NCBI GenBank assembly: GCA_031271805.1
Contig: JAISUX010000033.1
Span: 224 to 64,223, forward strand
Reading direction: 5' to 3'
DNA: 64,000 bases
From: Tannerella sp.
GTDB lineage: Bacteria > Bacteroidota > Bacteroidia > Bacteroidales > Tannerellaceae
In this document: piece by piece, positions 12,874 through 23,536 of the stretch
How positions within the stretch are numbered: position 1 is the first letter of the stretch
Layout: every line of letters starts with the position of its first letter
Translations under genes and position numbers: made by a program
The notes under the pieces: generated by a model
What the model saw: only the letters and a program-made list of their open reading frames with translations
Databases searched by the model: none
Told to the model about the DNA's origin: nothing

Positions 12874-14070
12874 TTAGTCGATCAACTCCGTAATCTGACC
12901 GGCGCCGACCGTACGGCCGCCTTCGCGGATAGCGAAACGCAGACCGAGGTTACATGCTACCGGATAGATGAGTTCTACCGTGATAGTTACGTTATCGCCC
13001 GGCATTACCATCTCAACGCCTTCCGGCAGAGTGATTTCACCCGTTACGTCAAGCGTACGGATATAGAATTGCGGACGGTATTTGTTGTGGAACGGTGTGT
13101 GGCGACCGCCTTCTTCCTTTTTCAGGATATAAACCTCTGCCTTGAAGGTGCTGTGAGGCTTAATCTGACCCGGATGGCAGAGCACCATACCGCGCTTCAC
13201 TTCGTTCTTGTCTATACCGCGGAGCAACAGACCTACGTTATCGCCTGCCTGACCTTCGTCCAATATCTTACGGAACATCTCGACGCCGGTAACAACCGAT
13301 TTCTTGCCTTCAGAACCGAGACCGATGATCTGAACTTCCTCGCCTGTTTTGATGATACCTGTCTCGATACGACCGGTAGCAACAGTACCACGACCGGTAA
13401 TCGAGAAGATGTCCTCGATAGGCATAAGGAAAGGTTTGTCAACGTCGCGCGGAGGCAGCGGAATCCATGTATCAACAGCATCCATAAGCTCCATAACTTT
13501 GTCTTCCCACTTCTTATCGCCGTTGAGGGCGCCGAGAGCGGAACCACGGATAACCGGCGTGTTGTCGCCGTCGAACTCGTAGAAAGAAAGCAGTTCGCGC
13601 ATTTCCATTTCTACCAATTCAAGCATTTCTTCGTCGTCAACACTGTCGCATTTGTTCATGAACACAACAAGTTTCGGAACGTTCACCTGACGGGCAAGCA
13701 GGATGTGCTCGCGGGTCTGAGGCATCGGACCGTCGGTAGCGGCTACTACAATGATAGCGCCGTCCATCTGGGCTGCACCCGTTACCATGTTCTTTACATA
13801 GTCGGCGTGACCCGGACAGTCCACATGTGCATAGTGGCGGTTTGCCGTTTCATATTCAACGTGAGCGGTATTGATGGTTATACCTCTCTCTTTCTCTTCC
13901 GGTGCATTATCAATCTGATCAAATGTCTTGATACCTTCTGCACTTGAGAAGCCTCTTTCAGCCAATACCTTGGTGATTGCTGCCGTCAGAGTCGTCTTGC
14001 CATGGTCAACGTGACCAATCGTACCGATGTTAACATGCGGTTTCGTCCTGTTAAAATGTTCTTTTGCCAT
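12874..14070 (-). CDS. tuf: Elongation factor Tu
   Basis: [17 protein letters not shown] and [10 protein letters not shown]. Confidence 0.99.
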   Translation of the reverse strand: MAKEHFNRTKPHVNIGTIGHVDHGKTTLTAAITKVLAERGFSSAEGIKTFDQIDNAPEEKERGITINTAHVEYETANRHYAHVDCPGHADYVKNMVTGAAQMDGAIIVVAATDGPMPQTREHILLARQVNVPKLVVFMNKCDSVDDEEMLELVEMEMRELLSFYEFDGDNTPVIRGSALGALNGDKKWEDKVMELMDAVDTWIPLPPRDVDKPFLMPIEDIFSITGRGTVATGRIETGIIKTGEEVQIIGLGSEGKKSVVTGVEMFRKILDEGQAGDNVGLLLRGIDKNEVKRGMVLCHPGQIKPHSTFKAEVYILKKEEGGRHTPFHNKYRPQFYIRTLDVTGEITLPEGVEMVMPGDNVTITVELIYPVACNLGLRFAIREGGRTVGAGQITELID

Positions 14071-14126
14071 AATCTAAAATCATTATATTAATTGATGAAT
14101 ATCCATCCCTTATTTCCTTAACTCAG

Positions 14127-14198
<72 letters not shown>

Positions 14199-14241
14199 AT
14201 TTACCGCAAAAAAGCAACCTTGTTTTACGGCGAAACGGCTG

Positions 14242-14249
14242 CAAAGATA
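14242..14249 (-). promoter_or_regulatory. Bacteroidota -7 promoter box for tRNA-Thr/tuf
   Basis: TATCTTTG matches TAnnTTTG, about 45 nt upstream of the tRNA. Confidence 0.6.
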
Positions 14250-14299
14250 GACATATTTTTATTATCCACAAAATTTCTGCGACTTTTTTTCGATTTTTT

Positions 14300-14599
14300 T
14301 TATTTTTCCCTGCTTTTCTCCTTTATCTTAAGCAACTGTTTTTCGAGGGCATCGACGGCTGTATCTACCGCCTCCTCAAACGTATCGCAGATTTTCTCGG
14401 CAAAACAGTCGCCGTTCTTAATCTTTATACGGATGCTTGTACTCTTGTTCTTAGCCGTTTCCGGCTTAACTACTTTCAGAACTACATCTGCCTGCAAAAT
14501 GCCGTCGTGGAACTGTTCCAACTTAGCTACCTTCTTCTCAATGAATCCCTGCAACTTCTCCGTTGCATCGAAATGAATTGATTTAATCTTAATTTCCAT
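14300..14599 (-). CDS. raiA: Ribosome hibernation factor RaiA/HPF
   Basis: SIHFDATEKL...CDTFEEAVDTAVDALEKQL; conserved rpsU-xerC-raiA order. Confidence 0.93.
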   Translation of the reverse strand: MEIKIKSIHFDATEKLQGFIEKKVAKLEQFHDGILQADVVLKVVKPETAKNKSTSIRIKIKNGDCFAEKICDTFEEAVDTAVDALEKQLLKIKEKSREK

Positions 14600-14610
14600 A
14601 ATAAATCCTC

Positions 14611-15528
14611 CTATTTTTGTGCTCTTGGATGAGCGTTATAATTATGTTTCAATTCTTCAAATGTCACATGAGTGTAAACCTGCGTAGAGGCAAGGCTGCT
14701 ATGACCCAGTATCTTGCTGACGGCGCTCAAATCCGCATCATTGTTCAACATACCTGTTGCGAAAGTATGCCTCAACACGTGGGGGCTTCGCTTCCCCAAG
14801 GCCGTGATGCCCGACAGGTTCTTTTTTACCTTATAATATACGATGGCCGACGTTATCGGGCGGCCGTCTTTACGAACGAAGAACGCCCGGCAACCACCGC
14901 CAACCTCTCGCGCGCGTACATTATAATAATGTCCGATCATATCTTTCAACCTTCCGGCGAAAGGTATCAACCTTTGCTTGTTACGCTTGCCCGTAACCTT
15001 CAACAGCATCCCGTCCGAATCCACGTCGTCGTCTTTGAGTGCGACAAGTTCCGAACAGCGAATGCCTGTCTCGTAGAATACTTCAAGCATCAATCGGTCT
15101 CTTACGGCTTCAAAATCAGTCTCTGTCGGCGTTTCGTCGTCGCCGAGCAAGTCGGCCATATCCTTTTCCTTAACGAAATACGGCAGGGGCTTAGCTTTCT
15201 TCGGCCCGGTCAGCATTTTCAACGGATTATGCGTCATGACGCCTTTGCGCATCAAAAACCTGAAGAATGACTTCAAGGCCGTCAATTTGCGATTTACCGA
15301 CGACGCAGCAACGGAGTCGCTCATCATTTCCATCATCCACCGACGCACAATATCTGCGTCAATGACATGGATATCGAAGCTGTCTTTTTGAGCGTCTAAA
15401 AAATTAGCAAACTGCTCTAAATCAGACATATAAGCATCAATAGTGTGAGCTGAATAATTCCGCTCATATTGCAAGTAAACCCTGAACTGACTCACATATT
15501 TTCTCACGTTACATTCATTTAGATGCAA
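14611..15528 (-). CDS. xerC: Tyrosine recombinase XerC/D family
   Basis: Catalytic residues in TGIR, GKRNKQR, HVLRH, LGH and TQVY; the start codon is uncertain. Confidence 0.85.
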   Translation of the reverse strand: MHLNECNVRKYVSQFRVYLQYERNYSAHTIDAYMSDLEQFANFLDAQKDSFDIHVIDADIVRRWMMEMMSDSVAASSVNRKLTALKSFFRFLMRKGVMTHNPLKMLTGPKKAKPLPYFVKEKDMADLLGDDETPTETDFEAVRDRLMLEVFYETGIRCSELVALKDDDVDSDGMLLKVTGKRNKQRLIPFAGRLKDMIGHYYNVRAREVGGGCRAFFVRKDGRPITSAIVYYKVKKNLSGITALGKRSPHVLRHTFATGMLNNDADLSAVSKILGHSSLASTQVYTHVTFEELKHNYNAHPRAQK

Positions 15529-15585
15529 CGAATATAGCGGTTATTTTTGAAACTACCAAAAAAACCGGAATATTTTTTTTTCGGA

Positions 15586-15777
15586 TTACACTTCTGCCTG
15601 CTGTAATTGCTTGACATAAATCGCGTGAATACGTTCTTTTCTCTTCTTTACCGAAGGTTTGACGAACGCCTGACGATTCCGGAGTTCTTTGACTACCCCG
15701 GTTTTCTCAAACTTTCTTTTAAATTTTTTCAAGGCGCGTTCTATATTTTCGCCTTCTTTTAATGGAACTACGATCAT
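15586..15777 (-). CDS. rpsU: 30S ribosomal protein S21
   Basis: ENIERALKKFKRK...FVKPSVKKR. Confidence 0.97.
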   Translation of the reverse strand: MIVVPLKEGENIERALKKFKRKFEKTGVVKELRNRQAFVKPSVKKRKERIHAIYVKQLQQAEV

Positions 15778-15940
15778 AAATAAATTAAAAATTATATTGT
15801 TTTTTGTAACATTCCTCTGTTATCGAGCCGCAAAATTACGGTTTATTTTTCAACCGACAAAATTTTTTTGAAAATTTTTGCGCCGAATGACCGAAATTCA
15901 TGTTTTTTTTCTATATTTGCAGCGTATAATCATCTTTTAT

Positions 15941-16453
15941 ATGGCTATAATTAAATCTGTAAGAGGCTTCGCACCCGTTATTGGAAAAGATACTTATCTG
16001 GCCGACAATGCTGTAATAATAGGAGATACCGTCATCGGCGACGGCTGCAGCGTTTGGTTTGGGACGGTGCTGCGAGGCGATGTCAATTCTATTCGCATCG
16101 GCAACGGCGTAAATATTCAGGACGGCTCGGTATTGCATACGCTTTACGAGAAATCCGTCATAGAAATCGAAGACGACGTGTCGATAGGGCATAATGTCTG
16201 CATACACGGCGCAAAAATTTGTAAAGGTGCGCTTATCGGCATCGGAGCGGTAGTGCTCGACCATGCCGTTGTCGGCGAAGGAGCGATAATAGCTGCCGGA
16301 GCGGTCGTACTGAGCGGTACGATCATCGAACCGGGCAGTATTTATGCGGGCGTTCCGGCTAAATTCGTCAAGAAAGTCGATCCGGAACAATCGAAAGAAA
16401 TAAATCAGAAAATTTCACGCAACTATCATTTCTATGCCTCCTGGTACAAATAA
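15941..16453 (+). CDS. Gamma carbonic anhydrase family hexapeptide-repeat protein (YrdA-like)
   Basis: LRGDVNSIRIG, NIQDGSVLH and GHNVCIHG metal ligands; ATG at 15941 follows a TATATTTG box at 15912. Confidence 0.92.
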   Translation: MAIIKSVRGFAPVIGKDTYLADNAVIIGDTVIGDGCSVWFGTVLRGDVNSIRIGNGVNIQDGSVLHTLYEKSVIEIEDDVSIGHNVCIHGAKICKGALIGIGAVVLDHAVVGEGAIIAAGAVVLSGTIIEPGSIYAGVPAKFVKKVDPEQSKEINQKISRNYHFYASWYK

Positions 16454-18596
16454 AAAATTTCGGATAGCGATCGCCGCAATAGCCTTAGTGGTCTGTATTG
16501 TCGGTGTATGGATAGCCCTACCCTCGAATCAATACGTGAGAATGGCGCTGATGCATCTCTCGCCGACAATCGACCAACATGCGATTTTTGCAAACCGCAT
16601 CGTCAAAGCCAACGACCCGCGACCTTGGAAATTGTCGGAATATTACAACAAAATGTCCATCCCCGACAAATATTTGCCTGATTTCCAACGATACGGCACT
16701 GTGGCTTATGTGATTATCAAAAACGGCGAATTGATGTTCGAACAGTATTGGGACGACTACTCCCTGCAATCGCTAAGCAACTCATTCTCAATGGCTAAAA
16801 GCATTGTTTCGCTCGCCATAGGTTGCGCCATCGACGATGGATTTATCCGAGACGTTGACCAATCCGTAAGCGATTTCTTCCCTTTATTCACAGGATATGG
16901 CGGTAAAACGCTTACTATAAGGAATTTGCTGACAATGAGCGCAGGAATGGACTTCAAAGAAGAGTATTCGTCGCTGTTCTCGCCTACCACTAAACTTTAC
17001 TACGGCAACGACTTGTCGAAAGTGACCTTCGTGATGAAGGAAATCGCCGAACCGGGACGAGATTTTAAGTATCAAAGCGCTGTAACTCAATTACTTGCAT
17101 ATATATTAGAGGATGCCGTAGGCGAGAATATCAGTTCATACGTCTCGCGCAAATTATGGACGCCGCTGCAGGCCGAAGAAGATGCGCTGTGGTCGCTCGA
17201 CCGTAAAGACGGCATGGAAAAAGCGTTCTGCTGCTTCAACAGTAACGCCTGCGACTTCGCCCGCATAGGGCAACTGATTCTCAACGGCGGCAAATGGAAC
17301 GGCCGGCAAATAGTCTCAGAAAAGTATGTCACTGAGGCCATTACACCCGATGCAAGCATCAACGACATTGAACTTGGCAAACCCAACAGCCAATACGGTT
17401 TCCAAATATGGCAACTCACTAAGAACGGTATGAAAATACCTTACTTGCGGGGGCTACTTGGACAATATGTTTTCGCTATTCCCGACAAGAACGCAGTGGT
17501 AGTCAGGCTCGGTCGCGAGCGCGCAGAAACGCTCGCAGGCGAAGAACGATATCCGGCCGACATCGACGTATGGCTCGACGCCGCCCTTGATATCCTTGAT
17601 TCTACGCCACAGAAAGCAAGGTTGGTGTTCGGCGGCGACTTGATGCAACACTCACAGCAAGTCAAGGCCGCCCGCAATTCTACTAACGGCGGATACGATT
17701 TCAACGAATCGCTTAAATACTTGAAGCCTATTTTTTCCCAAGCCGATCTGTCATTAGTCAATCTCGAAACAACTCTCTCAACATCAAATAATTACAGCGG
17801 ATATCCATTGTTTCGTTCGCCCAAAGAAATTGCCGTAGCTCTCAAAAATGCGGGCATTGACATAGCCCTTATGGCCAATAACCATGTCTTCGACGGCGGC
17901 AGTCGAGGCGTACAAACAACGCAATCCGCACTCAACGAGGCAGGTATTCTCCACACTGGCGTCTTCACCAACAGCAGCGATTTCATTGAGCGACACCCGC
18001 TGCAACTTCAGGTCGGAGGCCTCAACATAGCTCTCCTGAACTACACTTATGGCACTAACGGTCTCTCAACACCTAACGGATTGAGTATCAATCGTATTGA
18101 CTCATTCAAGATAGCATACGACCTGTCTAAAATCGACCGGACTACGACCAACGCAATCATCGTTATTTTCCACTGGGGATACGAATATGCGCGTATTCCC
18201 AACACGGAACAGAAGGCGCTCGCCGAACTATGCCATCGCTACGGCGCCGAAATAGTCATAGGCAGTCACCCTCACGTTATCCAGCCGGTCGAATACAAAG
18301 AAGACGCCGACGGCAACATCCGGAAAATAACAGCCTACTCTCTCGGCAACCTTGTCTCGAACCAGCGCGACCGCTACACTAACGGCGGCCTCGTTATCAT
18401 ACTCGATATTATAAAGGAAAAGGACAAACCTGTCGCCCTCAAGCCGCTCTACGTTCCGGTATGGGTACACCTGCCCGAATACAACATCATCCCACCGTCT
18501 GTTGCCGATACCATACAAATGCCTGACAGTGAGCGCAAAAAATACGAACAATTCTACTCCGACACCTACGAATTGCTCAAAGATGTTATTCGGTAA
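16434..18596 (+). CDS. Membrane-anchored fusion of a beta-lactamase-family serine hydrolase and a CapA-family metallophosphoesterase
   Basis: N-terminal TM; SMAK (SxxK) and YQS motifs; C-terminal GGD, NLE, ANNH, HWG, GSHPHV and YSLGN CapA motifs. Confidence 0.85.
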   Translation: MPPGTNKKFRIAIAAIALVVCIVGVWIALPSNQYVRMALMHLSPTIDQHAIFANRIVKANDPRPWKLSEYYNKMSIPDKYLPDFQRYGTVAYVIIKNGELMFEQYWDDYSLQSLSNSFSMAKSIVSLAIGCAIDDGFIRDVDQSVSDFFPLFTGYGGKTLTIRNLLTMSAGMDFKEEYSSLFSPTTKLYYGNDLSKVTFVMKEIAEPGRDFKYQSAVTQLLAYILEDAVGENISSYVSRKLWTPLQAEEDALWSLDRKDGMEKAFCCFNSNACDFARIGQLILNGGKWNGRQIVSEKYVTEAITPDASINDIELGKPNSQYGFQIWQLTKNGMKIPYLRGLLGQYVFAIPDKNAVVVRLGRERAETLAGEERYPADIDVWLDAALDILDSTPQKARLVFGGDLMQHSQQVKAARNSTNGGYDFNESLKYLKPIFSQADLSLVNLETTLSTSNNYSGYPLFRSPKEIAVALKNAGIDIALMANNHVFDGGSRGVQTTQSALNEAGILHTGVFTNSSDFIERHPLQLQVGGLNIALLNYTYGTNGLSTPNGLSINRIDSFKIAYDLSKIDRTTTNAIIVIFHWGYEYARIPNTEQKALAELCHRYGAEIVIGSHPHVIQPVEYKEDADGNIRKITAYSLGNLVSNQRDRYTNGGLVIILDIIKEKDKPVALKPLYVPVWVHLPEYNIIPPSVADTIQMPDSERKKYEQFYSDTYELLKDVIR

Positions 18597-19863
18597 GGCT
18601 GTTTTTCAGATATTCTAAAATTTTCTCGGTGGCGCCGACTTTGTTGTGCACGTATGCTCCGGCGGCATCGCCCGATTCGGTACGCATGATAGTATTGAAA
18701 ATAAAATTATTAAGGCATGTATCGAAGGCTTGCCGGCCGTCGATTGTGAAGCCGCCGCCGCAATCAATAAGCCCTTGAGCTTCCTTAAATTTCTGGTACT
18801 TGGGGCCGAAGACCACCGGTATGGCATATACCGCAGCTTCGAGCGTGTTATGTATTCCCCGACCAAAACCGCCGCCGATATATGCTATATGGCCGTAACG
18901 ATAGATTGACGATAAGAGGCCGAAGCTGTCGATTATCAGGCAATCGGCTGATTTTAAGGAATCATGCGCATGTACATTTGATGAGGCTTCACTGTTGTTT
19001 ACCCTGGATTCGGAAAGGCGTATCGAAGGGCGATTCAGCAGGGATTGGATATAGAGCAGATGCTCGCGGTTAATCTCATGCGGGGCTATGATTAGCTTGA
19101 TTTCGGGATGAGCATTGAAATAAGGAATCAATATCTCCTCGTCCTCCGGCCATGTACTTCCGGCCACAAGAACAAGACGATTTCCGGATGCAAATTCCTC
19201 GATTTCGGGCAGTAAACGTGCATTACTTTGTATTTCGAGGACACGGTCGAAACGGGTATCGCCGCAGACCTCGACATTATTGACGCCATAATCGGCAAGC
19301 AGGCGACGCGAATCTTCGTCCTGCACGAACAGACGCTCATAATATGAGAGAATTTTGCGATACCATGCGCCGTACCACTTGAAAAACAGTTGGTCGGGAC
19401 GAAAAATCGCCGAGACGATATAAGTTTTTATGCCTCGATGCTTGAGTTCGGTCAGGTAGTTCAACCAAAACTCATACTTGATAAAGACAGCGGCGCATGG
19501 CTTGGCGAGATGTAGGAATTTGCGAACTTTGAAAGGAGTGTCGAAAGGCAGGTAACAGATGACGTCGGCTCCGGTATAATTTTTGCGCACCTCATAGCCC
19601 GAAGGCGAAAAGAAGGTCAGCAGTATCTTCAGTTCGGGGCAGCGCTTACGTAGAGCTTCCATCAGCGGACGCCCCTGCTCGAACTCACCGAGCGACGCAC
19701 AATGGAACCATACGTACTTGGCGTCGCGGCTAATTTTCTTGCGCAAGATGCCGTTGGTATGCCACTGCCCGAGGCGTGTCATACGAGCTTTACGGTTGAA
19801 GAACGAAGCGACTTCGATTGAAAAAGCGTAAAGGTGCAGGACGATGGTGTATAGATAACGCAT
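18586..19863 (-). CDS. waaA: 3-deoxy-D-manno-octulosonic acid (Kdo) transferase
   Basis: WFHCASLGE, YLPFD, GDTRFD, AGSTW and HNTLEAA. Confidence 0.93.
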   Translation of the reverse strand: MRYLYTIVLHLYAFSIEVASFFNRKARMTRLGQWHTNGILRKKISRDAKYVWFHCASLGEFEQGRPLMEALRKRCPELKILLTFFSPSGYEVRKNYTGADVICYLPFDTPFKVRKFLHLAKPCAAVFIKYEFWLNYLTELKHRGIKTYIVSAIFRPDQLFFKWYGAWYRKILSYYERLFVQDEDSRRLLADYGVNNVEVCGDTRFDRVLEIQSNARLLPEIEEFASGNRLVLVAGSTWPEDEEILIPYFNAHPEIKLIIAPHEINREHLLYIQSLLNRPSIRLSESRVNNSEASSNVHAHDSLKSADCLIIDSFGLLSSIYRYGHIAYIGGGFGRGIHNTLEAAVYAIPVVFGPKYQKFKEAQGLIDCGGGFTIDGRQAFDTCLNNFIFNTIMRTESGDAAGAYVHNKVGATEKILEYLKNSLTE

Positions 19864-19867
19864 AATT

Positions 19868-21391
19868 CTATCCGAGTATTTCTATCGCACGCCGTATTCG
19901 ACGCAGGGTTTCATCCTTGCCTATGGCTTCGGTTATGTGGAAGATTTGCGGCCCTATTCCCTTACCGACGAGGGCAAGACGAACGGCATTCATAATGTCG
20001 CCGAGATTGTATCCTTTACTCTCAATCCATGCTTTGGCGGCTTCCTCGGTGCCTTCGAGATCGAACGGCTCACGGGCGGCAAGAAAGTCCGCAAGTTCGG
20101 CCAATTGCGAAGCGCTTGTATCTTTCCACCGCTTCTTGCAGGTCTTTTCGTCATAGTCCGTCGGGGCGACAAAGAAATAGTAGGTGATGTCCCACAGCTC
20201 GTGCACAAAATTGACCCGTTCCTTCATCATTCCTACAACTTTTTCGACATAAGCGGCATCGACGCCGATGATATCGTGGCTTTCCAAAACAGGCATGAAC
20301 ATGCGCGCTACGTCGGCATCACTTCGTAGTTGTATGTATCTGTGATTGAACCACTTACCTTTCTCATAGTCGAACTTTGCACCGCTCTTGCTACAATGTG
20401 TCAAGTCAAAGGCCTCAATCAGTTCGTCGAGCGTCAGCAATTCCCTGTCGTCGCCGGGATTCCAGCCAAGCAAGGCTAAGAAATTGATTACGGCTTCGGG
20501 AAGATAGCCGCTTTCGCGGTAGCCGGTAGAAATGTCTCCGCTCTTAGGATCATGCCATTCGAGAGGAAAGACAGGGAAACCGAGGCGGTCGCCGTCGCGT
20601 TTGCTCAGCTTGCCGCCGCCCTCAGGCTTCAGAAGCAAAGGCAGGTGAGCGAAAGCCGGCATTGTATCCTCCCAACCCAAATACCGATATAGCAAAACAT
20701 GCAGGGGAGCGCTGGAAAGCCATTCCTCGCCACGTATGACATGAGTTATACGCATCAAATGATCGTCAACAATGTTTGCAAGGTGGTAAGTAGGCAGGTT
20801 GTCGGACGATTTGAACAACACCTTATCGTCGATTATTGAGGAATTGAAGACCACATCGCCACGAATAATATCTCGGACAAGGACATTTTCGTCCGGTTCT
20901 ATCTTGATACGCACCACATAACGTTCGCCGGCATCAATATTGCGTGCAACTTCTTCGGCCGAGAGCGTCAATGAGTTGCGCATCAGAAGCCGTGTAGATG
21001 CATCATACTGAAAATTAGGCTTTTCCTTACGTGCGGCATCCAATTCTTCGGGCGTATCGAAGGCGATATAAGCCAGTCCGTCACCGAGCAGTTGATCTAC
21101 GTAATTGCGGTAAAGCGGCTTACGCTCGCTCTGGCGATAGGGACCGTAAGGGCCGTCGCCGAAACCTATGCCTTCGTCGAACTCAATGCCGAGCCACTTG
21201 AACGATTCGACTATGTATTCCTCCGCGCCCGGCACAAAGCGCTGACTGTCGGTATCTTCAATGCGAAGAATCATGTCGCCTCCATGACGGCGGGCGAACA
21301 AATAATTATATAACGCGGTACGTACTCCCCCGATATGAAGAGGCCCCGTAGGACTTGGAGCAAAACGCACGCGAACTTTTTTGTCAGACAT
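19868..21391 (-). CDS. gltX: Glutamate--tRNA ligase
   Basis: [14 protein letters not shown] and KLSKR. Confidence 0.98.
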   Translation of the reverse strand: MSDKKVRVRFAPSPTGPLHIGGVRTALYNYLFARRHGGDMILRIEDTDSQRFVPGAEEYIVESFKWLGIEFDEGIGFGDGPYGPYRQSERKPLYRNYVDQLLGDGLAYIAFDTPEELDAARKEKPNFQYDASTRLLMRNSLTLSAEEVARNIDAGERYVVRIKIEPDENVLVRDIIRGDVVFNSSIIDDKVLFKSSDNLPTYHLANIVDDHLMRITHVIRGEEWLSSAPLHVLLYRYLGWEDTMPAFAHLPLLLKPEGGGKLSKRDGDRLGFPVFPLEWHDPKSGDISTGYRESGYLPEAVINFLALLGWNPGDDRELLTLDELIEAFDLTHCSKSGAKFDYEKGKWFNHRYIQLRSDADVARMFMPVLESHDIIGVDAAYVEKVVGMMKERVNFVHELWDITYYFFVAPTDYDEKTCKKRWKDTSASQLAELADFLAAREPFDLEGTEEAAKAWIESKGYNLGDIMNAVRLALVGKGIGPQIFHITEAIGKDETLRRIRRAIEILG

Positions 21392-21505
21392 AAAACTAAC
21401 TTTTTTCTAAAATAAAACTGCAAAATTAGCGATTTTTTTTCTTAAGTTCAAAATTTTATGTATTTTCGCGAGAAAATTTGCTCAACGACTATAAAAAATA
21501 CGTAT

Positions 21506-23530
21506 ATGAACAAAAGAAAATCAGCCTTACTGTCAGCATTATATATACTGATTACTACGGTAATAATCGTGTTATTTTTTCCTCACGAGGGGAAGTTCCG
21601 CTATCAGTTTTTTGAAGGTAAACCATGGCGTTACGGTCTGTTAACCGCCCCGTCCGACTTCCCGATTTACCGGGAAATCGACGAGATAGAAGCCGAGAAA
21701 GACAGCCTACGCCAACATTTCGAGCCTTATTTCCGTCTCGACAAGAACGATGAGAATGTCAAAACCGAAGAATGGGAACAGCACAAATCGCATCTTAGCA
21801 TACCCAAGGAAATCATCAACTACCTCGATGAAAGCCTCGCCGAGGCCTACGGCAAGGGGATTGCCAAAGCCACCGACCTCGAAGCGATGCTCCTTGATAA
21901 TCGCACAAAAATAAAAATCATCGCCAACGGTCTTGTAGAATCATATTCCATAAATGACTTATATACAACAAAATCCGCCTACGATAATATCATAAGTAAG
22001 GCCCCGCAGACACTCGATGAGCATATCCTTGCCGAATGCCATTTAGACAATTTTTTGACTGAAAACCTTATTTTCGACTCCGACACTTCCGCCCTCATCC
22101 TCGACAGCATGATTATGGCGGTCGCCACCACAAGCGGCATGGTGCAGGCAGGCGAACGCATCGTTGACAAGGGTGAAATCATAGACCACCACACGTACAG
22201 CGTCCTGCGCTCTCTGAAGAAAATCCACGAGACAAAATTAGGCGGCTCCGGACGACAAAACATCATGCAGCTCGGACAGTTCCTGCTCATATTCGCTATT
22301 TTCCTCTGCGTCGGACTTTATTTGGCAATACTCAACCCTAAGATTTTTTATATACATAAAGACCTTATATTCATACTATTATGTATTCTTTGCGCTTGCC
22401 TGTTATCGGAAATATGCGTCAAATTCAAGCCCGAATACATCTATCTGCTTCCTTTTGCAATAGTTCCGATCGTGATCCGCACATTTTTCGATTCGCACAC
22501 GGCGCTATTCACTCACCTCATAATAGCGCTGACATGCTCGCTTACGGCGCTTTTCCCTTACGAGTTCCTGCTGTTGCAAGTCCTGACCGGTATAGTGGTG
22601 ATTTTCAGCCTCAAAGAGCTGTCGGAACGCTCAAACTTGCTGAAATGTTCGCTATTTGTGGTCTTGACATACGCGGTGTTCTACGTCAGCCTCGTCCTGT
22701 TTCAGGAAGGCGATTTCAGTAAGATAAACCTCGAAAACCTGATATATTTCAGCATCAATTTTGTACTGCTAATGTTCTCATACATACTGATTTACATAAT
22801 AGAAAAATCGTTCGGATACATCTCGCCGATATCTTTGATCGAACTGTCGAATATGAACAAGCCCTTGTTGAAACGATTGTCGGAAACGGCTCCCGGCACC
22901 TTCCAACACTCAATGAACGTGGCGACCCTCGCCTCGAATGCAGCGGCCGAGATTGGCGCCAACGCACAATTGGTGCGCACGGGAGCTATCTATCACGACA
23001 TAGGAAAGATGAAAAATCCCGCGTTTTTCACTGAAAATCAGCGTGGCGGCGTCAACCCTCACGACAAACTGACTTTTGAAGAAAGCGCTCAAATCATCAT
23101 CTCGCATGTCACGGACGGAATCAAATTAGCGGAAAAATACGGCCTGCCGAAAGCCATTGAGAATTTCATCCCCACCCACCACGGACGCGGGAAGACGAAA
23201 TTTTTCTATAACTCGTGGATCAACGAACACCCCGGCGAGCCTGTCCCCGAAAATGCATTCACATACCCCGGCCCAAACCCTTTCACGAAGGAGACGGCGA
23301 TATTGATGATGGCCGATTCGACCGAAGCTACCTCGCGAAGCCTCAAAGAATATACCGACGACAATCTTAAGTCGGTAATAAACAAGATAATAGATAGTCA
23401 GATTGCCGACGGCCTCCTGAAAAACGCACCTCTGACTCTGCGCGACATCGAAACGATAAAGGATGTCTTTCTCGAAACCCTCCAAACGATGTATCACACA
23501 AGGATCAGCTATCCCGATTTGAAGAAATAG
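21506..23530 (+). CDS. 7TM-HD membrane phosphohydrolase (PgpH/YqfF-like, possible cyclic-di-AMP phosphodiesterase)
   Basis: Extracellular domain, several TM helices, then APGTFQHS, YHDIGK, HHG and ADSTEA; the start could be 21458. Confidence 0.88.
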   Translation: MNKRKSALLSALYILITTVIIVLFFPHEGKFRYQFFEGKPWRYGLLTAPSDFPIYREIDEIEAEKDSLRQHFEPYFRLDKNDENVKTEEWEQHKSHLSIPKEIINYLDESLAEAYGKGIAKATDLEAMLLDNRTKIKIIANGLVESYSINDLYTTKSAYDNIISKAPQTLDEHILAECHLDNFLTENLIFDSDTSALILDSMIMAVATTSGMVQAGERIVDKGEIIDHHTYSVLRSLKKIHETKLGGSGRQNIMQLGQFLLIFAIFLCVGLYLAILNPKIFYIHKDLIFILLCILCACLLSEICVKFKPEYIYLLPFAIVPIVIRTFFDSHTALFTHLIIALTCSLTALFPYEFLLLQVLTGIVVIFSLKELSERSNLLKCSLFVVLTYAVFYVSLVLFQEGDFSKINLENLIYFSINFVLLMFSYILIYIIEKSFGYISPISLIELSNMNKPLLKRLSETAPGTFQHSMNVATLASNAAAEIGANAQLVRTGAIYHDIGKMKNPAFFTENQRGGVNPHDKLTFEESAQIIISHVTDGIKLAEKYGLPKAIENFIPTHHGRGKTKFFYNSWINEHPGEPVPENAFTYPGPNPFTKETAILMMADSTEATSRSLKEYTDDNLKSVINKIIDSQIADGLLKNAPLTLRDIETIKDVFLETLQTMYHTRISYPDLKK

Positions 23531-23536
23531 GATTTC

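Noticed and set aside
1533-13947. Long plus-strand ORFs opposite rpoC, rpoB and tuf (e.g. 1928-3229, 6966-7883, 12865-13947)
   Set aside because: These are antisense shadows of conserved genes caused by codon bias, with no recognisable motifs.
14611-15528. Tyrosine recombinase as the integrase of a mobile element
   Set aside because: It sits in the conserved rpsU-xerC-raiA locus with no att sites or cargo.
18950-19020. Extra loop in WaaA (SRVNNSEASSNVHAHDS) as another REP insertion
   Set aside because: No CGTC/GTAG tag and no convincing inverted repeat.
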